A stretch of DNA of 63,711 nt, filler included, from Octopus bimaculoides (taxonomy: Eukaryota): NCBI RefSeq assembly GCF_001194135.2. It is 6 parts of 5 records of this genome, joined end to end, with 100 filler letters (N's around TTAATTAATTAA, not from the genome) between each part and the next. Parts side by side here need not be neighbours in the genome. Positions count along the whole stretch, not along the records: positions 1 to 26,487 come from NC_068986.1; positions 26,588 to 44,232 come from NC_068991.1; 4 more parts are not named here. The stretch is one strand, 5' to 3'. The position numbers and the translations under genes are program-made. The notes under the pieces are model-generated. The model had not been told where the DNA came from and searched no databases. It saw only the letters and a list, made by a program, of their open reading frames with translations. Positions 13,651 to 27,249 of this stretch are shown piece by piece; the stretch's first letter is position 1, and each line of letters begins with the position of its first letter.

Positions 13651-14254
13651 TTTTGATGTTAGTAGTAGTACCAGCAGCAGGAGTAGTAGGAGCAGTAGTA
13701 GTAGTAGTAGTAGTATATTATTAACAAGGACAAAGCTTTGATAAGCCAAAATATCTCTCACGTATAATCAGTCTCACTGTAACCCATAGCTTGTGGGTTT
13801 AAATATCAGAATGGAGCATAAATAAATAAGAATCTCTTAAACTAAAATGTTAAAGAGTGTCATTATGGATTTTAATGAAACTAACGGTAATAAAACCTTA
13901 ATAACTCTTGCATCAAAATAGCCGTTTAAAAATTATGTTAGCTTCCAACCATTAAAATCCTATTAAAAGGATAATTTTGTGGTTTAAAGAACATAAAAGC
14001 AGCAAATTAAGGTGTAACATCAATATTTTTAGAGCTTAGTTTTCTAAGTTTAAATTGTAAAAATATATCGCTTATCTGACAAGTTATAAACTAAATGACG
14101 CTAAGTGGACAACGTTTTGTTCTTTAATATGAAAATTTCAATATTTTGTGTTACCGTGCGGACAATGCTACGAAGCAATACGTCTATCAGGCTATAAAAT
14201 GCATATACCTAAATGCGTGTCTGTATGTGTTGTGTATGTTTGCATGTATCAAAA

Positions 14255-14495
14255 CGATGAAAGTCCTTCCCGAGCCATAAGTACAAGAGGCAGGTTTCCC
14301 AGATTCAGAGGCGTATATATTCATCCCCCTCCCTGCAGGGTCGTCGCAGGATTACCCAGTTTTTGCCAGTTGAATGGAGGAATGAGTAATAAAGTGTTTT
14401 GCTCACGAATACAATACATCGCCAGGTCCAGGAATCGAAACTACCATCTTACGATCATGCACGCAACACCCTAACCACTGAGCCACGTCCTTCCA
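14255..14495 (-). mobile_element. tRNA-derived CORE-like SINE, family B
   Basis: The reverse strand starts ggaaggacgtggctcagtggttagggtgttg (A box TGGCTCAGTGG) and has B box gtttcgattcc, followed by the body. Confidence 0.8.
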
Positions 14496-14787
14496 GCATA
14501 TGCATAAAGACGCACACACACACACACACTGAAACAAGTAAAAGATAAAAGATATATGAGAGGAAGACGAAAAATCGCTCTAAGGGGGTTTGCAAGTACG
14601 CCAGATGCATTTAAGCCAAGTTGGCCACAGCAATGACGCGTGCTAACAGCTGGCTACATGCCTAGACCGGATCTGTCAGCTACGTGTAAAGGATTTTTAT
14701 TCAGCCGGGGCAGTTATTTGCACCACCGGTTAATGTTTTATTTTCTGTCTCCTACATCGGAGATGACAAATCACTCTCAGGCACGGC

Positions 14788-14877
14788 GATATTCTTTTAC
14801 TTGTTTCATTCATTCGATTGTGGCCATGCTGGGGCACCACCTCGAAGGATTTTTTAGTCGAACAAATGCCCTCCCCC
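14788..14877 (-). mobile_element. SINE family C 3' tail (second copy at ~23200-23400)
   Basis: tattcttttacttgtttca...gtggccatgctggggcaccacc...gtcgaacaaat; a similar block lies at 23215-23290. Confidence 0.65.
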
Positions 14878-14999
14878 NNNNNNNNNNNNNNNNNNNNNNN
14901 NNNNNNNNNNNNNNNNNNNNNNNNNNNNNNNNNNNNNNNNNNNNNNNNNNNNNNNNNNNNNNNNNNNNNNNNNNNNNNNNNNNNNNNNNNNNNNNNNNN

Positions 15000-15048
<49 letters not shown>

Positions 15049-15149
15049 ATTGCTTCATCTTGACAGATGTTAGCTGTCCCATCAACACACACACCACCCC
15101 CTATCACACAGCATAATCACTCCGTTGATGAGCCCTTAGGTGACTTTTA

Positions 15150-15790
15150 AGACCAGCTGCTGACTGACAGGGTTTAAAACACTAGTGATAGGTATCTTTC
15201 AAGTTTCTTCTATATCTTTACCGTTTGGAATCTGATTCTGAAGGAATGTTTTTGTGAACTAGTACATGTCTTTTAAGCCTAGATATTGTCTTACAAGATT
15301 TTTGACATATAACACAAGTCGTAAGAGGCGGTTGGTGTCCAAGATCATTACCTATCTGGGCATTACGATTTTCATGTGACGTAACGTGTTTGTGACAACA
15401 GAACACGGTCACATATAATAGATATCTAATGATCGCTGTTGATTACAGCTCCAATTGTTCCTTTACGACAAGCCCTTTTAAGTTCAGAGTGCTGAATCAT
15501 CTTTTCCTCCCAGGCATTACAACCAGTCCAAACAGCACCACTCTACTTCTTCCGATCTAGAACATGATTTTCGCAATCAATTTTGTTCATACCTATGTTC
15601 TTCAGATTTTCCTTCACACAGTCTTTATACCTTTTCCTCGGCTTATGTTGTGGTCGCTTAGCAGAGTTGAGCTCACCAAAAGAAAGATGCTTTAGCAAAC
15701 GCTCGTCTGTCATTCTAACATGTCCAGTCCGTCTCATTTGAAACAAGACAACATGTTGTTCAATTGAGCTGCAACATGCCATGCGCGAAA
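15150..15790 (-). mobile_element. RTE-clade LINE 3' fragment with C-terminal zinc finger
   Basis: RRTGHVRMTDERLLKHLSFGELNSAKRPQHKPRKRYKDCVKENLK...CVICQKSCKTISRLKRHVLVH. Confidence 0.85.
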
Positions 15791-15803
15791 TCTATATCTA
15801 GTG

Positions 15804-15834
<31 letters not shown>

Positions 15835-15850
15835 GTGTGTGTGTGTGTGT

Positions 15851-16230
15851 GGAGGTGCAATGGCCCAGTGGTTAGGGCAGCGGACTCGCGGTCGTAGGAT
15901 CGCGGTTTCGATTCCTAGACCGGGCGTTGTGAGTGTTTATTGAGCGAAAACACCTAAAAGCTCCACGAGGCTCCGGCAGGGGATGGTGGCGAACCCTGCT
16001 GTACTCTTTCGCCACTACTTTCTCTCACTCTATCTTCCTGTTACTGTTGTGCCTGTAATTCAAAGGGTCGGCCTTGTCACACTGTGTCACGCTGAATATC
16101 CCCTGAGAAATACGTTAAGGGTACACGAGTCTGTTGAGTGCTCAGCTATTTGCACGTTAATTTCACGAGCAGGCTGTTCTGTTGATCGGATCAACTGGAA
16201 CCCTCGGCATCGTAACCGACGGATTGCCAA
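15851..16230 (+). mobile_element. tRNA-derived SINE family D (~380 bp)
   Basis: A box TGGCCCAGTGG, B box GGTTTCGATTCC; near-identical inverted copy at 24612-24989. Confidence 0.93.
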
Positions 16231-16274
16231 CCAAATATATATATACATATATATATGTGTGTGTGTGTATTTAC

Positions 16275-16369
<95 letters not shown>

Positions 16370-16371
<2 letters not shown>

Positions 16372-16515
16372 CGACGGGCTCTTTCAATTTTCGCCTACCA
16401 AATCCACTCACCTGAGACTATAGTAGACGATACTTGCCCAAGGTACCATGCAGTGGGACTGAACCTGGAACTAAGACGTTGGGAAGTAAGCTTCTTACCA
16501 CACAGCCACGCCTGT
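16370..16515 (-). mobile_element. CORE-like SINE fragment
   Basis: acttgcccaaggtaccatgcagtgggactgaacc...cttaccacacagccacgcctg; a + strand relative lies at 26325-26420. Confidence 0.75.
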
Positions 16516-16576
16516 TGCCTTTTGTTCCACTGTCTATTACCTTTAGCCATTTTGCTCAGATTTAATATTTTTCTCC

Positions 16577-16780
16577 GCAGAATCACTACAACCCCAGGCA
16601 AAATGCTGAGCGGCTTTTCATCTGTCATGACATTCTGGGTTCAAATTCCGCCAATGTCGACTTTGCCGTTCATCCTTTTGGAGCTTATAAAGTAAGTGCC
16701 AATTGAGCACTAAGATCGATGTCATTGATTTCTCCCCCTCCCCGAAATTACTGGCTTTGTTCCAAAATTCTAAACAGATG
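16577..16780 (+). mobile_element. Diverged SINE family A
   Basis: gcagaatc...aaatgctgagcgg...gggttcaaattccgcc...gtcgactttgcc. Confidence 0.8.
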
Positions 16781-19107
16781 TTTTCTCCAACCCTCGGGCT
16801 TCTGTACATTCATTAGCTTATAATTCCATATCAGATGATTTTTTTGTCTCGTGGATCAGATCATTAATTACTCCGTATTACTGTGTCCTTTCCCTAAGCT
16901 GCTTATATCATCCTTCAGCTAACTTATTGACTTCTGTATACAATTACGGAGATATCTCATATCAGATTTCGAGATGCTTCTGTGAACAAAGACCTTAAAA
17001 ACAACACCAGAATGCAACCAGACAATTTACTCTCTTTCAACAACTGAGAGGCACATTAATTATACCTTTTGGGATTCTAGAAGAACGAAACTCTAAGTAG
17101 TTTTTCCCCCACACTCTAGAAAGAGCAATCAATTCTCCTTAAACCACACACTTCTTTATTTAAAAGGTCATAGCGGACAATATAGTTTGGAATAAAATAT
17201 TCCTTAGGCGAGATGGCCGCAGATTTAATGTTATTCATTGCAAATTTGCTCCATCAGGTATAAGCGAGTGAAAGAAAGTGAAAGTGAAAGAAGCCGTATT
17301 AGATAAGGAAACCTTGACTTTTAGAACTCATGTTTATAAAGAATAGTGCACATAACATAAAACTTAGATGTTAATCCCAACCAGATATAATGGACTAACA
17401 AGAACGGTCAGTGTATACTCGGAAAGCTTAGAATGAATTATGTAAAATGACGATAAATAACTGATGTAACAAAATAAATAACCTTCATTACATTCAATTT
17501 CAAGACAAAATCTGCGTTATATGATAATTTCGGCTTTATATATCGAGAGAAATTATACTTTCTCCATAAATATATAACAACTCAGAGATAAAGAATCATT
17601 TCTTTTTATGTACAGAAATAATTTAAGTAGCCAATATCAAAGCAGTCAACTTGGTGCAGACAAAATGTCATAAAAGTTTGGTTTTCTCCTCAGCTACATA
17701 CTTATTCATGGAAAAGAGAGCTAACCACTTATCGAAGTTGTTATGCTAAGACTTCTGTTCTTTCCTTAATGAAACAGGTCAAGTTATAATCTCAGAAGAG
17801 GACACTCAAATATCTTTGTATCGATGTTCTGAGAGTAAGTTGAGTGTCTTTGAATTCATACTTCCCCTCAACAGACAGCAATGTTCGACTACAAAATAAC
17901 TTTTGCATTACAAATTAAATTTGTCCTCATTAATTATTGTATTTACGTCAATGTATCTAATGGTGAGGGCAAATTCATTTATATTTATATTACTTCTATG
18001 CAATCGTTTCGGTCAAGATATATCTTCTGAGAAAATAAACCACCACATTATCACCTAGGAAATTATCTGCATAATGATGTAAATTGTTAATTAGTGTTAT
18101 AATCAGAATAGTTAGCGTTCTTTCGAAAATTCTATTTCACCATTTACCTGCTCCATGTAAAACTCTTTATTGAATTCATTTAAAGTGTATGTCTATATAC
18201 TCTACACTTAGAAACGTTCTTTGAATATTAAGAACTGTTGAGAAGAGGAGACAGCATTGCTTATATCCTTTTTTAAAGCCTTCATTACGAGTGAGAGAAA
18301 GAAACTGGGTTATCCTCGCACCCAAAATCTGGGAAAATCAAGACCAATGTGGTGATTTTAGACAAGCTGACATTAAATTTACCGTCTATTCCATGAGATT
18401 TTGTCCTTTAAATTTCACCTTAGTCGAAAGTGACACGCTGTGCCATCGAAACAGCAAACACCGCTGCTAAGCGAATATTTTAACCACACAATCCATTCGG
18501 TACCCAAGTTAATACATTTTCTCTCAGTGTATTCACTAAATATATTTCCACTTAAACCATCTGATTATTAAAAGAGTGAACATATGCATACATAAATAGC
18601 TGCACATTACTCATACATTCACTAATGTACATATACATACTTTTTTACAACTAGAAACAGATTACGTTACAGTATGATATATTCAACTCAGAAAATAGTT
18701 ATTACGTGCGAGCATATATATTCTATGGCAAATCCCTGAAAATTAACTGCATTTAGCGTCGATCTCTACTTTTTGGTCACCTGTTTTACCGAAGCCAGGA
18801 AAACATTCTGAGAAATTATCGATAGTAAAACAAAACAAAAATAAAACAGGAAAACTTCAATAAAAGGCTGAGTTTCTCTCGGTTTTCTGTGTCATTGTTT
18901 TATTCAAGATTTTCAATAAAACGTGATTTGTTTTTTAACATATGTTAATGTCATATAATTCACGTACAAGTCATGTATTGTTAGTTAATGAACGATTTAA
19001 AATATGATTAGTTTAATTACTTTAAATATGCTTTATGATATCTGAATGAGATGTGACATTATGTCTGTGACAAGTCTTTATGAAAATTGCTTTTTCAATA
19101 TGCCGTC

Positions 19108-19278
19108 TCTTTTTCGTTTGTCTTTACGTTCTGAGCTCAAATTCCGCCGAGATCGACTTTGCTTTTCATCCTTTCGGGCTCGATAAATTAAGTACCAATT
19201 GCATTCTGGGGTCGATCTAATCGACTGGCCCCACTCCCCTAAAATGTCGGGCTTTGTGCCTAGAGTAGAAAAGATTAT
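19108..19278 (+). mobile_element. 5'-truncated SINE family A with 9-bp target-site duplication
   Basis: TATGCCGTC at 19099-19107 and 19279-19287 flanks the SINE body. Confidence 0.9.
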
Positions 19279-20344
19279 TATGCCGTCACTTCATCTTTTT
19301 TCATCGTTTTGCTCTTCCATCTTTCTCGCTCGCTCTGAGACATTTTCTGACTATATATAAATATACTCCTCCACTATTCTTTACGAAACAATATCTTCTT
19401 TGTAATTGATTTCCTAGCCATATTATTCCTGTATCTATTGAGATAAATTTAGTGGATAGAAAAACTTGTATTAGTCTCCCAAATATTAAATGTATAAGAA
19501 AAATATATTGCTTTGAATTATTACTTACTTGTACATAACAACTTGAAAAAAATAATGAACATTTTCCCCAACATGAGATGATTGAACAAACTTATTTTAT
19601 TTTATTTTTTTATCAATTCTTGTTTTCAATTTCTAAGAGAAATAAAATGTTTCACTTTTCTTTTCTTCTTTTCTCAACAGTTTATATTTGTGAGACGATA
19701 TTCCTACTGAAGCCTTGAACATTTATCGACTTCTTAAGCTCAGCAAAATATGTGCTTAATAGACCGATAACTCTTTATTACTTCCACTAATTTAGCTTTA
19801 ATATTCTCGTTTTCATCCTTGGTTTATTATTTGTCTATAAGTTTTTCATGTTTTAATTACCATCCATATGTGAAAAATATTAGAATGTATTTGCCTAAGA
19901 ATGACTCATTATTATTGATATTTTATTTATATCATTTGGACTTTAGAGTCGGATGAAAGGCAACAGTACTGTTATCACAATTTTGATTGTCTAGTTAGTG
20001 CGATAGTTTGGTCTTTGATGTCTTTAGTCCTCGTGTTAACAATTTTATGCGCAACTTTAAATTGCCATTTTTACCACATTTGGTATTGACTTGGTACAAT
20101 TCTGACACACTAAACTATAATAGCTAAGAGTAGTGGAATAGTTCTAAAGATGTATTGGTATGTATGTGGTTATAGTGCTATACCTATTGACTCTATTTTC
20201 GGTAATCCAACCCTTGACTTTGCTGATGATGCTATACAGAAAACATCAATATGCATAGACTTAAAAACGTGAAAATATACTCAGATTTTATAAGGAAAAC
20301 TGAAAATGAATTTAAGTTTAATATCTAGATGTGAGTGATATCTA

Positions 20345-20660
20345 TTCGTGTGTCTCCTTAAATCTGTCCTGCGTCCTAGAACTCTTTGGCCCGAGTTTAA
20401 ACCCGATTTCCGTGGCATAAAATTGGCTGAGGTTACAACACTGCCCTCACGATTAAACGGAGGGCTGGTCCGTCACAGAATCAACTTCCTAGCCATTGTT
20501 TTTTACGTATTTGCAACTGAGTGGACTGGAGCAATGGGAAATTGAATTTTCTTTTTGTTTTGTTTCTTTCTCAAGAGCACAAGGCATCGCCCGACCTAGT
20601 AACCGAAATAGTGGGTGGAACAACCTTACAATTAGGCCACGTGCCTTCACAATTAGTCGT
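20345..20660 (-). mobile_element. Degenerate family B SINE
   Basis: gtccgtcacag...gcaactgagtggactggagcaa...ctcaagagcacaagg...aggccacgtgccttc. Confidence 0.7.
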
Positions 20661-23446
20661 AAAACCAAACACCATATATTTGCTCTAATTATAATAATGC
20701 TATATAAACATCATGTTTTATATATTGTCCTTGTCTTGATATAACACAGAAATGTCTCAATTAAATGTAAGCCTCAGAGTGGAGAATTGTGTATAGCCGA
20801 AGAAATCATCATTAGTTTCCCCAAATTCTACATTTTCCATTCAATAATGATTATTAAAATATCAACAACACACTGGTATTGTAGGCTAATTAATACAATT
20901 ATGCCACTAAATTAAACACTTTGATTGTCTTTTGGAGAGTATATTTCGTTTAATTAGACCGAAAAGAAAAGTATGAATAACGTGTCAGAGACAATAGCCA
21001 AGGAAGTAGGCAGTGAAATCCAATCTGGTAAGAGTACTTTCTTAACCATTGTTTTCTCTTTATTTTTGATGGGTTTTCCAATTTTGCCGCCGCCTAAATC
21101 CACTGATATAAAGTAGATGGAAAAGATTGGACGGAATTGAATATATTCATCCAAGAATGAATAATTATTAATTAGGTTTTTAGTTTCTCTAAAACGATGC
21201 AAAATATCGTTATATTTTAAGTGATGGTTTACATTTTATTTTCAGATGTACTAAATATATCTCAATATTTCTTCATTTTTCTTTCAGTCATTATAAATTG
21301 CTAAAGATGCTCTGCTTCTGAACATCTATCCTTCTCCAATACCTCCCGGCTGTCACATGAACAAATCAATCATCTCATCGTAACAATTTTCTTTTTCACA
21401 AACAATTTTCTTCTTGTAATTATCGTTTGTTTATTAACTGATATTGTTCTGCAAAACATTTACTTAATGTCTCCTTTTCTTTCTTATAGTTTTCTTGACT
21501 ACAATTAGATGACAGATTTATAGTCGGCATTGTTTGCTTCATTGATATAGCAGTGCACGTGTGAGTGCATAGATATTAAAACGCCATCGTTTACGACTAT
21601 TTCAACTGAAAATCAATTATTTACTCAATCAAGAAGCTTTATAGAAATTTTTAAAAAAGTATTTTTAAAAGCAAATTTTATATTTGTATTTTTTCATCAC
21701 GTACAAGAAATATTTAATGCGTAAACTGTATATAAAATACAGAAGCCTAATTCAGAAGCTTAATTGAAGTTTCAGATAATGCCCTCGGTATTGTAAAACT
21801 CTAGAGAAAATAAGTCAATCTAAAATTCATTTAATGGAAGTAAAAAGCCAGAAACATTGGCCAAGCTATTCTCGGTGGAAGCTTTAATTTCTAAGTTTCA
21901 CAAAAGATAGATCACCAAAACGTGAGATGGAAATAAATGATACTCAAGAAATCAAATTACTCAAAGACTGATACATTGGTGGTTGTTGGGGGAAGAGCAG
22001 TTTAATAGAATATGTTTGGCGGGATAAAACACAAAGAAGATGACAAAGTAGGAGACGGAAGAAATATTTAAATTCGCATTTACACATCATATGATGTTTA
22101 TTTCGGAATTTTCTCATAATGAAAAAAAATAAATAAATAAATAATATTTAATGAAACCAGAGAGGAATGGAATTAAATTAAATATAATAAATGATTTCGG
22201 ACTTTAGCACAAGAGCATCCATTTTGGAAGGAAGAGTATAACCTATTTAACTAAATACAATAATTGATTAGTATTTATTTTATTGACTTCAGAAAAAGCT
22301 AAGATAAAACGGAAAGTACCAGAATTTAATCTTAAAACGAAACTAACAGTTGAATCCTCCGTCGATCTCGACGATGACTTTTCAGTTGTCCAGCCAACTG
22401 AAAATCTACACAAGAAATTAATAAGTAAGCGGTAAAGTAAACGACTGATACGATTACTCTTAATGCATTATTCTAGCAAAAATAGCGTAACAGGAAGGAG
22501 GGTGTAGCTTCGAAATAGTGGCAAAATATAGACGGACCGGAAGAGAATATACCTTGATTCTTTGCATGCTAACGCTGAGAAATTCACTCCGACGGCCGAA
22601 CGAATTTTCAAATTCGTAGTCTGGCTCAAAGAAGAACGGTGTTGTTTTTTTATATATCATTTTATTGCTGCAAGTCCTTTCTCAACGAGAAAATATGAAC
22701 AAAGGCAAACCTTTGTAAGTTTCCTCTGTTTTTCGATAGTATATAACTGTTTGAAAAGCGGTGCGCTTATGCACTTACTATGTCTGATAAGATGTTTAGA
22801 ATGGTTATAAGGAAAATTATTTATTTAACTCAGTCAATGCCACAGCTCTGGCTGAATACGGAAAGTTGTTCTGCTTCCATCTGCATGTGGAACCACGATG
22901 CGCAGAGATGCCGCACATGATAATCGTTAATAGAATAACTTTTTGTGTTGAAGTGTGTTACGCTAGATTAGCTACGGATACGTAATGTTGTGTTTCAGAA
23001 AAATTTCTGAAGACGATGAAATATATGAGATTTGAAAATTGCCACAGAAATTTGAGGTAATGTGGGTGACTGTAACTTAGGCCACGTGATGTTGTAGTGT
23101 TATTAATGCAGTGGCAGGTGTTACGTCATCTACAAACACATTTAAAGATATCTAACTGTGTATGACTAGGCTCTATGGAGTTGTTAACTATAGGTGTGCA
23201 TGTCAGCATGTACACGTATTGGACTGCGGCGAAGCTAGGCTGCCGCCTCGAACAGTTTTAGTTGAACAAATCGACTCCAGTGCTTATTTTTTAAGTCTGG
23301 TGATTTTTAATCTTCTCTTTTACTGAACCGCTAGGCTGTGAGACGTAAACAAACCAACAACTATTGTCAAGTGGTGTGGTGGCACAAACATTGATATAGA
23401 CACACACACACACGTATGCATGTGTGTGTATAAGTATATATATATA

Positions 23447-23501
<55 letters not shown>

Positions 23502-23508
23502 ATATGTG

Positions 23509-23539
<31 letters not shown>

Positions 23540-23585
23540 GTATATATATATGTATATGTATATATATGTAGGAGATGTAGATATG

Positions 23586-23633
23586 GTCTTACAGCTGCTT
23601 ATGAGATATTATGGATATCCCTTCATCAGAGAC
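23586..23633 (-). ncRNA. Degenerate type I hammerhead ribozyme (probably inactive)
   Basis: The reverse complement gtct-CTGATGA-agggatatccataatatctca-TAAG-c-agct-g-TA-agac matches the hammerhead at 52897 except that GAAA is mutated. Confidence 0.6.
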
Positions 23634-23816
23634 GATGTGAGATGGTTAAATAGAGGTAAATGTTTGAGTTCGAAATAAGGAATTACTGTGGAAACGGAGG
23701 GGAGAGGGAATATAGAGGGAAATAGGAGAATGAAAGTAGAAATAAAATACAAAACATATAAAACAGCTGTAAGACTATATCTATTTCCTTATAAATGTCC
23801 TAAGTATATTTATATT

Positions 23817-23847
<31 letters not shown>

Positions 23848-23899
23848 CACTTGAATCCTGATTTTATAGGTGTGTGTATACATATATGTGTGTGTGTGT

Positions 23900-23940
<41 letters not shown>

Positions 23941-23984
23941 CCCGTACATACATACATTACATACATACATACATTACATACATA

Positions 23985-24600
23985 CAACATGTAATGATTT
24001 GGGATAGAGAAGAGAAGCTGTGTACAGTTGTGGAAATTAGTTGCCCAGCGGATGTTAACATAAAGTTGAAGAATAGTTAAAAAGAGAACACCTTTGCTGA
24101 ACTATTGAGAAATCTGAAGTTACTCTATCCAGATTACAAGTTCAAGTATATACCTATAATTATTGGGGCCCTGGGATATGTAACACACTGCCTAAATACA
24201 AATCTTGCGAAATTAGGCTTCTCCAACCCAGAAAGGAGAAAACTAATTCGAAGACTACAGATTCAGTCCATCAATGGAACTGTAAAAAATCTGTAAAACT
24301 TTCCAGAAGCTTATCACTTAAATACATATGAGCGTGTCTAGATATGTAGCTATATGCATGAGAATACATATATAAAGCAAAACATACAAATCTGCCCGTA
24401 TACATACATGCAAATCTGTCCATATACATATATACATACATACAAACAAAAATATTCTGTTGTTGATGTTGAAATTCTAATGAAGGAGCCTTGGCTCTAC
24501 GTTAGAAACCGACTCTTTCTCTATTGGCAATAAATCTTGAAATAAAACTAAACAATGACATACATTCATACATACATACATACATACATACATGCATGCA
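23985..24600 (+). mobile_element. 5'-truncated non-LTR retrotransposon with restriction-like endonuclease C-terminus, bounded by (TACA)n
   Basis: MIWDREEKLCTVVEISCPADVN...KENTFAELLRNLKLLYPDYKFKYIPIIIGALG...; the 3' UTR ends in (CATA)n and the 5' junction is also in (TACA)n. Confidence 0.8.
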
Positions 24601-24611
24601 AACATACATCG

Positions 24612-24989
24612 TGGCACTCCGTCGGTTACGACGACGAGGGTTCCAGTTGATCCGATCAACGGAACAGCCTGCGCGTGAAATTAACGTGAAAGTGGTTGAG
24701 CACTCCACAGACACGTGTACCCTTAACGTAGTTCTCGGAGATATTCAGCGTGACACAGTGTGACAAGGCTGACCCTTTGAATTACAGGCACAACAGAAGC
24801 AAGAAGAAAGAATGAGAGAAAGTTGTGGGAAAAGAGTACAGTAGGGTTCGCTATCACCCCCTACCGGAGTCTCGTGGAGCTTTAGGCGTTTTCCTTCAAT
24901 AAACACTCACAACGTCTGGTCTGTCAATCGAAACCGCGACTCTGCGACCGCGAGTCCGCTGTCCTAACCATTGGGTTATCGCGCCTCCA
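24612..24989 (-). mobile_element. SINE family D
   Basis: Reverse complement of 15851-16230. Confidence 0.93.
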
Positions 24990-25369
24990 CATACATACAT
25001 ACATACATACATACATACATACATACATACATACATACATACATGCATGCATACATACATGCATACATACTGCCTAACTGACAGTCTGGATAAGTTTAGA
25101 TTTTTAGAAAAAGAAATGAACCAACTAATCCGCACATTGTAAATACAATCTGTAAGTGCAAGACTTCTCAAGTTTGAAATTTGACATTATTTCCGTTATC
25201 TACATTCCAGTGGTGGGGGTTTATAACTTTGTATAACACCAGCTTCTTCCCCAGAAGAAGAATTTAAATTATTAAAAACAGAAGCTAACACATCTACTTA
25301 CATAAACCATATATATCATAAGTGTTCCGCAACAGAGATTGTTGTACCCAAGGTAAAGAAACAATTAAG

Positions 25370-25423
<54 letters not shown>

Positions 25424-25554
25424 CAGCTTATTTTTTCTCTACAGAACCAAATATTTCATCTCCATTTTATAAGTTGTTTCTCATCCTCTTCTACACAATT
25501 ATCCTCTTCTCCGTAATCATATAGGCCAACTATCTTGTGTATATAGATAAACAC

Positions 25555-25635
<81 letters not shown>

Positions 25636-26049
25636 CATGGATATATACATACACTGAAGATAAATAATAAAAGTAAGATGATGCGAGAAAAATTTAATAA
25701 GAAATGGCAATGTAAACATACTTATTAAAAATAAACTCTATACAAACTTGTTCATATTGAATATATTAAAATATTTTAATGTATTATTTATTTAACAGTA
25801 GGTGACAATGTAAAGAGCAAGTTGAAGGTAGGAGAAACGTCAATATAATTTTAATAGTTTGAAAGTATAGAAGATAGGTTTTCTGGATGTGATAGCTTTC
25901 CATTGATCAAAAGAGTTTCAAACAGATGTTACCACGTAATGAGGCACACATCTTCCATTGTAGCCTCACCCAATCTGCTATTTTTGAACTGTGGTTGCGT
26001 GCGCGTGTTTAACACAAAAATTCCAACGTGGTAGAACGTAGCATTAGTG

Positions 26050-26260
26050 ACAAGATGGCAAACATCGTTGGCACGTTGGATGAAATGCTTAGCGTCATGC
26101 ATCCTTTGTTCCGGCTTTTTAGGTTTTGAATTCAGATCTAACCGTGGTCAGCTTTGTTTCTTCATCCCTTCGGAGTCGATATTAAAACATCTATCAAGTA
26201 CTGGGGACGATGTAATCAACTAGCTTCCCACTTCTGTCAAAAAACTGTTGGCCTTGAACC
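26050..26260 (+). mobile_element. Old SINE family A copy
   Basis: gatggcaaacatcgttggcacgttggatgaaatgcttagc...catcccttcggagtcgat...aagtactgggg. Confidence 0.7.
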
Positions 26261-26423
26261 CTGCAACGAACAAGTCCTGTTCAGGTGTTGTCATCCTTGT
26301 CATTTATACGCCATAAAAACCACAGGGGCAGGCGTGACAGGTTCCATCCCAGTGCGTAGCACCTTGGGGAGTTGGGTAGACGGAATTTGGTAGACGGAAA
26401 CTGAAAGATTCTCATTGTGTGTG

Positions 26424-26487
<64 letters not shown>

Positions 26488-26588
26488 NNNNNNNNNNNNN
26501 NNNNNNNNNNNNNNNNNNNNNNNNNNNNNNNTTAATTAATTAANNNNNNNNNNNNNNNNNNNNNNNNNNNNNNNNNNNNNNNNNNNNG

Positions 26589-26880
26589 ACCATCCGGTAG
26601 CCCCGGTTGAGGGGCATAGGCTGAGATGACAGTAGCTAGCCTATGATGAAGCACTAGTCTAATCTTAAGTACTCTGTCACATACTCTAACTACCTTGATT
26701 ACCTTATCAACCCATTTCTCTGCTAGAAGTATTCCTACGCCCCCGACCCCGTCAGCGTTTCCTGCCCAGAAAATCTTGTACCTGTGTTCTTTGCCTGTGA
26801 GGAACCTCGCAGAACCTCCTCTCCATCTTACTTCTTGGATGCAGGCAGTAGGAAGATGTAGCACAAGGCTGTATAAAAGT
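26589..26880 (-). mobile_element. RTE LINE AP-endonuclease fragment (same family as 53760-56860)
   Basis: EVRWRGGSARFLTGKEHRYKIFWAG...GVGILLAEKWVDKVIKVVRVCDRVLKIRLVL...VISAYAPQPG. Confidence 0.92.
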
Positions 26881-27249
26881 GGGAAGTGATGATATTGAGG
26901 AGGTAAAGGACTACATCTATTTAGGGCACACAGTGAATATGCACTGGGATATGGTTGCTGAAATTTCAAAGAGAACAAGGATAGTCGTGATTATAACGAT
27001 TTCTGATATTTCGTATCACAGCAGGTTATTTGAAAGATATCAATAAGTGTTAAGTATTTTTACAAGGACAGAAGCTCAAATTCATGATTGAAAACAACTC
27101 ACAGTGAATGGTTTTGCTATCAACATTGCTTGTTAGGATTTAAAAAGTAATATTAAAGTATTACAAAGGAAGAATTTGGTGGACAAAATGCCCTGCGTTC
27201 TTGCAGAGGTTGGTTTGGCTGGCTTCATGTTCTTGCTCGTAGGGTTGGA

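Noticed and set aside
15851-15925. tRNA gene
   Set aside because: A and B boxes are present, but the sequence continues into a 380-bp SINE body repeated at 24612-24989.
24470-24530. CTAATGA...GAAAC in the LINE 3' UTR as a hammerhead
   Set aside because: The core is mutated, stem II is not adjacent to GAAA, and there is no matching stem III / UH site.
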